64,000 bases of DNA from Trichoplax sp. H2. Its lineage: Eukaryota. Every line of letters starts with the position of its first letter. Position 1 is the first letter of the stretch. The stretch is from positions 1 to 64,000 of the forward strand of contig NOWV01000157.1 of the NCBI GenBank assembly GCA_003344405.1. The letters are read 5' to 3'. The position numbers and the translations under genes are program-made. The notes below the pieces were generated by a model. It had not been told where the DNA came from. It searched no databases and was given only the letters and a program-made list of their open reading frames with translations. Below are positions 53,966 to 64,000 of this stretch, piece by piece.

Positions 53966-56900
53966 AATTAACTTCGAATCATGTATCTTGTCCAATAATC
54001 GACTTCCGGATGAATGATAAATTTAGTGATCGTTCAATACAGTAGTGTTAGCTACTTTACGAAATAGTAACAAAACTGAAAGCTAGCTTTCAAAATTATT
54101 ACCATTAACTTTCAGTTATTTATATCTTCTATAAATAGGTACAGGAGACTTGCGATACAATGATAATAAAGCTCTTAATATACAGTAAGTACTGTATATT
54201 ATCATTTTTACGTTCATGAGATTTTAAAACCGAAGACATAATAGTTTAGCCTTTTCTATTGATAGTAAACTAAATGTTCTTTATTATTATAGTCAACAAA
54301 TTCAATTTGTTCGTTATGTTTATAGCTGTATAAGTTGATTTAGCCTAATGTACTGTAATTAGCCTTGCTAATAAGCAACTACGATTGAGCACAAGTGTCT
54401 TCAAGGTAATCGTTGTCTTATTGTCGTTAACAAGCTACCTAAGGCTATATTACCGACTATTTTATGGTTCATTGTCAATTACATGACTTAATATTTCATT
54501 CGCCTTACAAAATGAAAAGATCATAAAACGCTAGTTCTTATAGTCTACCTACAATGCCATTGATCACAAACAGAGAATGTTCATTCTTGTATCCTTCTGA
54601 TATCATTAATTATTTTTATTAATACTACCATTACAATGATTGCTCTTGTAAGATGTGATACTTGCTAAACAAGTTGATGATAATAGTGGTATCTAGCCAT
54701 TCAAAGTATTGCCTAAATGCTTTCCTTTAGTAAATCCACGGTAAATTATTATTAGACATATCACTTATGAATGAAAGTTTAACTGGAAGAGCTTTGAGCC
54801 AAATGTAGTGTTACAATGTTTGTAGAGAGCGATATAACTGCCTACAATATTCGTTTTCATTATTTTACCGACAACAGACATTAGAAAGGTAATATCCTGG
54901 CACATCTATACTTTATCGCTTCATCGTAAGTTGGGTATACGAAAAACGGCATAATGGAATAGGTACATTGAGCATTCAAAGCATGACTTAATTTTGAACA
55001 CTTTTGATACAATCTCCAAAATATAATGCGTTATTTTATAATTTGCAAATGGGTTTCTGATGTATCCGTATCCGCAATTTAAAAAATGTAATGTTTAAAG
55101 TATTCAATACAGTTACGAATTCTACAATGCGCACTTTCCTTTACGGTTGCTTTACTGTAGTTAAATTTTTATCCCTTATTATCTGTATTAACTGACTGGC
55201 GGAGCATATGGTATGAAGTAACGTTTATTTGATTGCACTAATAAGACCTCTAACATGACTTTATTACGTTATGATCAAGCATATGGTTAAAGTCTAGTTA
55301 TTGATTTACTATAGAAACAGTACTAGTTAATGAGGTCCATGTATTTTTATTTCATTATCGTAGTTTACACCTGTCAAGAATTACTAGAAAATGCGGTATT
55401 CTCTACACCTATTTTATCACTCCATATGGATAATTCTATCAGTAATGGTTGACAATATATTAGGGCGTTACGAGCTATTAGAATTGAAGATGCGGATATA
55501 CATCTTGTTAGGAAATGAGAAGCATTCATCCGTGAAGCATTTGTATATTATAAAAATGCAAAAGATTGAAAGACTTGCATACCTCTTCTGCTCTTATCTT
55601 GACAGCGGAATCGCTTCTTTTTTGCCAGTGCTTACGATGATTTTGCCCTAAGATAATCAACATATTGTATTTTAATACTAGCTCGCATACAATTGAAGAC
55701 AATGTTTCTTTACAGGCATGATTTATTTCATTAAATGACAGAAATTAATTAAAATTACTAGAAAAATGTTTTGATGTATTAGGAAGGCTGATCTATTCGT
55801 GCCTTTTTATGAGTGTTGTATTTATAAACTTTATACTTAACGTCTTGAAGTACAATGATTCATGGTGGTCCACATGTAATATACGAGTATACTAAGAAAA
55901 TATCGTCATTTTATTCGAGTTATCGTATCGATAATGAAATTTAGATCAATTGTCGATGGCTGTAGGCAATGGATACTTTTGACAGTAGAATATCCACAGC
56001 CATTGTACAGAAGTTATTCTAATTAGGGTGTAACATATTTGTCACCGATTATTTAATGCCAGTTCAAGTCGACTCTTTATTTACACTCTTTCTGGTATGT
56101 TTCCTTCCCTCCTCCTTTTACACTTTCGCAGTTGTAGATTGATATAAAAGATGAACAAGATCGAGTTTTTGTACGCGCATATATCCATTGATGAATTTTT
56201 CGTCAGATTAAGATGATATAATTCGTATTAAGCGCAATGCAGCTACGATGGAAATAGATCTGTTTGGTATGTATTCCTGTCCATCAACCCAGTTGGAATA
56301 TTAATTATAAAAATGTAATTCAATCTGGATTTTGGATTACTTCATTTCGGTCCATGGATTGTGTAAGAGATGTGTAGTACTCAGTCAGTGTTGATATCTT
56401 GTATTGTACAAAAAGGAACATTTACAAGTATTGCAATGTGGAATCGAGCTGGTATGTAAACTCTACGTCTAACAAGCAAATTCGACGGTCTATCGATGAA
56501 AGTGCAATAGAATTATGATTTGGATATTTGATTTCCGTCCATTTTATTATTCTAAGTATAAAGAGACATGCTGAGTCTACACATACATGCTAAATCGACG
56601 CCAACAGTACTGTATATAATAACTCGGATTTACCGCAATTTCAATACGCGTACAGTATCATGAAAATGCAGGTCGATCTGGATAATGCATACTACCTACC
56701 AACAAAGTTGGAATATCGAGCATAAGTGAAATTGAATTGGACTTTTCCCAACTGAACTCCTATTTGAATTGATCGGCCCTATCTACTATCCATCCACACC
56801 GTCTGAGTATTGATCAAAAGTGAAATTTCATTTGGATTCTTTTGCAATCCAAATAGATCATGGACATGATTTTCGCATTGTCTCGGTTCAAAGTGAAATT

Positions 56901-57530
56901 GAATTGCAATTTGCATTTGGACTACTGGATTTTATCCATCGTCAGCGCTCCCCGCACAAAAAAAATAGAGATCATCTGTATCGTTTACGGCAAACTATTG
57001 CTATTGTATATTGATGTAGCCTAGGGTGGCAAAGCAGCACATATACGGCAGTTTATTTACTAATAATGTTAATTACTCTTCATTGATTCTCTACTCTTGC
57101 TTTATCCATCTTTGGATAACAGCATGACTACAGTACTGTGCGTACTAAAATAATCAATTAATCAATGCTTCAATAACTGGATGGCACTTGTTCCTTTCAC
57201 TCTTGCCACTTTAAGACATACTGTACTACAAGTAATCAATGAAGATATCCACTAGGTTGAATTGATTTCAATAGCACAAGTTATAATTATTATTCAATTA
57301 TGGTTGATCGATGATGGAAAAGCTCAAACCGATACAGTACAACATTTTGCTGTCGTAAACACTGACAGTAGGTGAAATCCATCACTTCGCGCTTACTTTA
57401 GTTACTCTAACGGGTTCTACGACGCTTACCGGTGCTCATGAAGCCTTCAGGTGAGGAATGATAACAGGTCCAATATAATTCACGATTTCTATCGATATTC
57501 TACGATGATTTTAGTCCCAACATTCAAAAA

Positions 57531-58572
57531 GGAGTACCATTGAATCAAGAATGGCTAATCCTCATCCTTTGGTAGGATTGGTATGGCGTTGATTGATTAA
57601 TTTTGTGATTTTATTAGTCGTTGATCAAGATACGCGTACATTATCTCATATCGAGACGAGACGGCAGAATCTCAAGTTTACTACAGTCTGTCCAGCAGTC
57701 GGCTTTCTGTCTGTAGCTTACAGTGTACAGTACAGTATAGTGCAGTACAATACTGTACTGTACAGACGGCAGAATTCAAAGTGTACCGCAGTCTGTCTTG
57801 CGGTCGGCTTTCTGTCCGTAGCTTACAGTGTACACAGTACAGTACAGGACTTCTACAGTTGTACTGTAGAAGTCCATTTCCAATAGGAATGACTAGAAGC
57901 TAGACTACAGTACTGTAGGCTAGACCGCTACAATACTGTACAGTGTACACTGGAGTAGCATTCAATCAAGAATGGCTAATCATCATCCTTTGGTAGGATT
58001 GGTACGGCGTTCATTGATTGATTTTGTAATTTATTAGTCGTTGATCAAGATACGCGTAGGTTTCCCATATCGAGACAAGACGGCAGGAATCCAAAGTTTA
58101 CCACAGTCTGTCTTATAGTCGGCTTTCTGTCTGTAGCTTACAGTGTACAGTACCGTACAGTTGTACTGTAGAAGTCCATTTCCAATAGGAATGATTAGAG
58201 GCTGGACTACAGTACTGTAGGCTACACCGCTACAGCACTGTAACGTACACTGGAGTACCATTCAATCAAGAATGGCTAATCATCATCCTTCGGTAGGATT
58301 GGTATGGCGTTGATTGATTGATTTTATGATTTTATTAGTCGTTGATGAATATGCAGTACACGTCCATATCCCATATCGAGACGAGACGGCAGAATCCAAA
58401 GTTTACCACAGTCTGTCTTGCGGTTGGCTTTGTGTCTGTAGCTTACAGTGTACAGTACAGTACAGTTGTACTGTAGAAGTCCATTTCTAATAGGAAGGAA
58501 TGACTACTGTACTGTAGGCTAGACCACAGTACGGTCAGACCGCTACAGTACTGTACTGTACTGTACACTGTA
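57531..58572. repeat. Tandem repeat, three units (starts 57531, 57952, 58252), rich in TACAG/TACTG
   Basis: Each unit begins GGAGTA(C/G)CATT.AATCAAGAATGGCTAATC. Unit 1 has an internal duplication of the AGACGGCAGAAT...GCTTACAGTG block. Confidence 0.9.
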
Positions 58573-58990
58573 AGAGAAGTGCATGGGTTGGGTTCAATCA
58601 GGCCATCGAGGTGAAAGAAAAGCCTACAGTATTTTCTATGGATCAAGCAGTACAGTACTGAGTACTGTGCATATAACATTCCTGTACTGTTCATTATAAT
58701 TATTACTGTATGCTTCGACTCTTCTTGTAGAATGCTCTAAAATAGAGTCATTTTACCTTAGTTTCAGTACTAATTTTTCCCTTTTTCTGAGTCTGAAAAG
58801 AAAAGGAAATAAACACATCGTACTGGACACTAGTGGACAGTACGAGCATATCATTTCCATTTGCTGTTTATGGTACTGTATTGAGTCATGTGATCATACC
58901 ACGCTACCATCGTGTTCGCATCGTCTACAGTACAGTACTGTAGACTGTTTGCTCAGATTGCGTAATTCACTCATCGATCGTAGCTCTGAC

Positions 58991-59017
58991 CCATAGAGTT
59001 TTTTCTGAACTCTATGG
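58991..59017. mobile_element. 27-bp palindromic mini-insertion with 6-bp flanking direct repeat TCTGAC
   Basis: CCATAGAGTT-7nt-AACTCTATGG is a perfect 10-bp inverted repeat. TCTGAC at 58985..58990 and 59018..59023. Confidence 0.65.
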
Positions 59018-59433
59018 TCTGACCATACAGTACGTACTGCACTTATACTGTACACTGTACTGTATCCGACTGGACTCTTGGCCAGTCGGAGTTCACTGTC
59101 TGCCTGTCTGTATTAGAACAATACCAACGTCATCAAAGCCACAACGTCTTTTAGCAAATCACTTAGGCACGAAGGCGCTAACCACTGCAAAAGTTGCTGC
59201 GCTCTGGACGCCAGTTTTACGGAGGACGATCTATTTGTTCTCTATTTATTATGATTATAATTTAACAATTGTTATAGGTAGGAATACTGTACTGCAACTG
59301 TGCTGTAGTGTTGTTTATTAGGGGTGATTATATTATTGTATTATTAACTCTTACTGTACTGTACTGCAGCCATCAGTATTACAAACGATCACTTCACGTC
59401 ATCGCAATCGAACCGCTTGGCTTAGCAATCATC

Positions 59434-60309
59434 ATGGCCAATTTAGCCAAAGCTTGCAATCATACTATCGACAACTCCATCTTGGATCAACAACAAGAAG
59501 CCAAATGGTCACAACCTTTCTACTTTATTTTTGGTGCTGATCCACAACTGGGTATCGTTACACAAGATGTAACATGGCAAGATGAAATTCAATATGTTCA
59601 AAGAGCCGTTGATGAAGTCAATAAAATGCAACCACCGCCTCGATTTTTCATGGTCGGTGGCGATCTCGTTAATTCACCCCCTTCCAAACCAACACATCGC
59701 CAACAGGTTGAAGATTTCAAGAAAGCATTTGCTCAATTAAATCATCAAATTCCATTAATGTGCTTACCAGGCAATCATGATATTGGCGATACACCCACGC
59801 CCGACGATATTGCGACCTATCGTCAAGATTTTGGAGATGACTGGTATTCATTTTGGTGCGGTGGAGTTTATTTTATCGTCTTAAATTCTCAATATTATTA
59901 TGATGGCTCTAATTTACAAGATATCAAGAAAGAGCAACATCAATGGCTAGAAGATCATCTCGTCGAGGCTCAACTCGCTCATGCCAAACACATTGTTCTT
60001 TTCCAGCATATTCCATTATGTTTACAAGGTATCGACGAAGAAGATACCTATTTTATCATTCCTAAAAAGGAACGATTACCGCTCTTCTCCGCTTTGAAGT
60101 ATCACGGAGTTGTATCTGTTTTTACTGGGCATCGTCATGCTAATGCAGACGTTAACGTAGATGGTATCCAATTGACGACAGCATCTTCGATGTCATTTCA
60201 ACTTGGTAATGAAAAAAATGGTATCACAGTTGTCAAAGTTGACGACAAGGCAATTACATCGAAATATTATCAATACGACGATTTACCGACAAAGATTACA
60301 TTTGATTAA
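59434..60309 (+). CDS. CPPED1: Calcineurin-like metallophosphoesterase, CPPED1 family (291 aa, intronless CDS)
   Basis: Motifs WSQPFYFIFGADPQLG, GGDLVN, PGNHDIG, FGDDWYSFW, VLNSQY, FQHIPL, FTGHRHANA. First ATG at 59434. The upstream GTG extension overlaps a probable 5'UTR intron (~59278..59368). Confidence 0.9.
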   Translation: MANLAKACNHTIDNSILDQQQEAKWSQPFYFIFGADPQLGIVTQDVTWQDEIQYVQRAVDEVNKMQPPPRFFMVGGDLVNSPPSKPTHRQQVEDFKKAFAQLNHQIPLMCLPGNHDIGDTPTPDDIATYRQDFGDDWYSFWCGGVYFIVLNSQYYYDGSNLQDIKKEQHQWLEDHLVEAQLAHAKHIVLFQHIPLCLQGIDEEDTYFIIPKKERLPLFSALKYHGVVSVFTGHRHANADVNVDGIQLTTASSMSFQLGNEKNGITVVKVDDKAITSKYYQYDDLPTKITFD

Positions 60310-62847
60310 TTCAAAACCAATGACTGCTTTGAAAATATTCCACTCGTTAGTTAGTACGCGACTCTAAACATCGATATTGCATCAATAGAGCACTGGAATG
60401 TATGCATCACATTTTACACATGCTGACCTACTGTATTATGAAGCAATGGACAATGTCCAAAATGTAAATTTCTGTTCTATACGTATGTAAGAGTATTGCT
60501 TGTATTTACTCCTATTGTCATTAGTGATAATGATGATCATCATAATCCAGTAGTCAGTAGTTGTCACGTTGAATGCTTACAATTTAATTTGTTCCAAGGC
60601 TGGACTAATAAAAATTGAAGGAATAATAAAAGAATAGACTGAGAGTATAGCCATCATTTTATTAATTTGTATCAGTAATATACAGTTGTATATTTTTATT
60701 TTATATTTAAAACTCATTACAATCGTCAATCTTTTAATAACAACTTTTAGCGATATTTTGGAACCAATGATTTCTTATACATTGCCCTTTCCTAACAAAT
60801 TAACAGTTTTAATTGGCAACATTGGAAATAAATTATACTTGTGGCATGATACTCATATTAGTTATCGAGTTTTTTTCTCCTTTTTTTTCTTGAAAAATAG
60901 CAGCACACAATTAAACTTTTATGAATCTCTTGAATTTGACCCCAATCTGATAATTAGAAAAAATGAATCATCTTGTATTGCTTATCTTATCTTTACTTTG
61001 ATAACTTTAATAGTACGTTGTTCAATTCTCAATAAAAATCTATTCTCACTCTATGCTGCCACGCAAACCGGGGTAAAACAAATTAAAATAAGACTATTCA
61101 TATACTGCATCCCACTTCTGTCGTAATTTCCTGTTATACGTACGGTACTATGCTATGCAATCTAGACGTGCTGAAATTCGATAGCATGCTTTGAAAACGA
61201 TACTATTTATTAATATCAGATCGGAAATTTAATATTATGATGATGCGCTATCTCAATATCTATCGATTGAGGAGTAAAATTCACGTTAAACTACTTTCAC
61301 AACATCGGGCAATCTGAAGGAATTAAACGAATCAACTAGATATAGTTATGGCTTTCTCTGTCAATAGAGACATACATAACATCTACAATTATTATAACTT
61401 ATAAAGAGATCGCTGCTATTTAAGAATGATAGAAAATAAAAGTTCAACACCATTTCTGCTACTATACTATGGTAATTTAAATTGTCTACATAGTGTATGC
61501 CATTGTTTCGCCAACTTATTTATTTAATATTAATACTAAAACAATTGGTTATCAAAGTCACGGTCCCTTTCGTTATTCTATACTAAGTCTTTCATTTGAT
61601 ACCATTTTAGGATCATACGGATCAAAACATCATTAATTATTTATTTACAGTTAGTCAGACAATTTGATATCTTGGTGTCTGTGTACTTCATAACGGATTC
61701 ATGGCTACGTCTTGCATGTAGAGTATACATCCACAATATAGTATCATGTACACGTGTAGATCTAGTAGCCGAAAATGTAATTATAGTCTTCATAAATTCT
61801 AGTAAATAATGTCAAAATAATGACGGTCAATAAAGAATCGATAGGACCACGTCGTAATAAATAAAGACTGAAAGCGATCTATTGTAATATATGATACTAA
61901 ATCCCATGGTTGAAGTAATCTAGTACTTAAAAACTCTTCACTTAAATTTTAATACTGAATTGCTATTACTTTTCATAAGTGTGTTAGCTATGTACTGTAG
62001 AATTTATGTGAGCTTTTGAAAGTCAATTTTTAACTTTATCTATTAGGTGAACTTACCATATTATTATAAGAGTACAGTTTCTTGAAAATCACTATATTGA
62101 ATATACTGTAAACAATACTAGCGAAAACGTAACATATACATACTACACAACTTTTAAGTACCTGAAATAAATCGCAGCCAAGAAATGTAGAGCATCTCTA
62201 ACTTATTCACTGTCAGTATTTTTAGACACGCAAGCACAGCCTAATACAGCTTATACCGTACATCTTGAGCAATTGATATACTATAATTATACATGTATCG
62301 TTCAACTTCATGCTTCATCCCAATCAGTCATAGGTCCTACGAGTATTTACAAGTAATAATTAATATCAGTCCTAAGAATTCTAGTGCGGCTACTCAATAT
62401 CGAATCATCTGGTGCAATTCGCTGTCGATCACATAACTGGATGATCGCTCATTTTAATGGCAAAACAAGAAACGAAGTACATGTATCAACATGTACTGTC
62501 CAACAGCTTCAAGAAAGTACCGTATTAATAATCCCCGTCATGACATGAATAATAACTATCTCGATATACATTCAGTCAATGATCTCTAAAACATAAAGGT
62601 TTATTTTTTAGAGATCCCAAGTACTGTACTACAAACATGCATCCACTTGTTATAAGTTGCACTCGTTTTAGTACAGTAAATAGCATCTATTTCTTCACTT
62701 CCTATTCGAGATGACAAGTAAAGTTAGCAGTCTTCTACTATTACATGATCAATACCACGAGAAGACACAGCCAAAATTAATTTGAAATTTTAATCATTTA
62801 TTACTCAACAGTACATGACACGTCTATTAAACAGTAATTGGCCGAAT

Positions 62848-63916
62848 TTATGCAGTAGCTGCGATATCTTTCTTAAGGGTTCCCTAAAAGAGAATAATGT
62901 ATAGCACACGTCACACTTACAATGTTCAAATAATAACTTCAACTGTTGCAGGTAACTTACCATAAAGGCTTTCTTTTCATCAAGAGTTTGGAACCTTCCA
63001 TGGCCAAATTTCGATGTTGTATCCACAAATTTCAAATTAATCTTCTCCAATGCGACACGGCTAGTATGGACACGGCGAGACTGAAAGAAAGGAAGCATGG
63101 TGAATCAGAAATGCCATTCTTGAGCTACTGTTCTGTACTGTACATCCAATAAGTGTTAGTTTTACCTTTCGTAAAGTGATGACTCTTTTCTTAGGACCCA
63201 TGACACATCCTTTCAACATTATGTAATCCTGTGTAACTACACCATAATGAGGGAATCCACCCTAAAAGTGAGAAATATATGTCGAAATTTTAAAATAGAC
63301 ACAAATAGTAAGTGCCGTCAGTAACGCTAGCTCTTCAATTTACCACAGGAGTAATTTTCTTGACAGTCGTATCATATCCTGTACTAGCGTTCTTTTCATC
63401 TTTTCCAGAACCAATACGGTAAATCTTCTTGTTAACTTCAGTACGATGATGGTAACCAGTTTGACCAGCGCGAGCAATAGAAAAGCCAACACGACTAGGA
63501 TGCCAAGAGCCAATACATGCAACCTTTCGTAAACCTTTATGCGTCTTCCGTGGTAATTTCTTCGTTCCCCATCGGAAAGTAACGCCTTATCACCAAAGTA
63601 GTAACATTATGAATTGTTTTTAATATTTCGATCAAGTAGATATCATGCTATCATCATTAGCGAAGGTAGTAATATGAGAAATTATCTAATATTTATGACA
63701 TATTACAATATGACAGGGCATTGGAGTACCTCTAAATCCTTTTCCTTTAGTTGCACCAATTATATCAATCATTTCATCTTGGCTAAAAACGGTATCAGCT
63801 GGTACTTCTTTTTCTAACAGAGCACGGGCATAGTCTACCTTTTCAACGATATTACCTCCGTTAACTTGGATTTCCATGACATGGGATTTCTTTTGTCGTA
63901 AAGCGACCAGTCTTAT
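62848..63916 (-). CDS. RPL3: 60S ribosomal protein L3 (uL3), 3' exons; gene continues beyond the window
   Basis: Exons translate to [51 protein letters not shown] and [11 protein letters not shown] (stop 62848..62850). Confidence 0.97.
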
Positions 63917-64000
63917 CTAAAACATTAATATTTAATTTAGATACTTTACAATAAATAACATCTTGCTGTCGCAAACATTCTATGTAAGCCAGACTGCTTT

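Noticed and set aside
56250-57014. Recurrent AAGTGAAATT(G/T) motifs and a 64-aa ORF
   Set aside because: Irregular spacing, no definable repeat unit and no recognisable protein.
60686-61126. 146-aa ORF as a gene
   Set aside because: Non-ATG start, low-complexity AT-rich composition, no convincing motif (at most faint LRR-like fragments).
63081-63727. Intronic snoRNAs in RPL3
   Set aside because: Only isolated ATGATGA or CTGA motifs in different introns; no paired C/D boxes with a terminal stem.

Overview
AT-rich, intron-containing animal genomic DNA with three 20-N scaffold gaps. Short introns, an expanded LGR-like GPCR array and the gene content suggest an early-branching metazoan such as the placozoan Trichoplax (inference, not verified). 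1-24 kb: minus-strand tandem array of intronless LGR/relaxin-receptor-type 7TM genes with no ectodomain (one partial copy, two intact, one pseudogene), with decayed LRR-like sequence between them. 24.7-27 kb: a Ty3/Gypsy pol remnant and a solo LTR. At all three gaps the duplicated flank shows a filled and an empty version of an LTR insertion site. 29.4-30.3 kb: a CCAAT-box repeat array. 31.1-37.3 kb: a 12-exon gene I reconstructed by hand, encoding a signal peptide, two HormR + helical GAIN-A-like modules, a Ser/Thr stalk and a GPI-type tail, with no 7TM (best novelty candidate). 42.7-54 kb: KATNIP with an intronic solo LTR. 57.5-59.4 kb: tandem repeat, dense TACAGTA/TACTGTA motifs and a 27-bp palindromic insertion. 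Then intronless CPPED1 and the 3' part of RPL3. All alignments and domain calls were made by eye.
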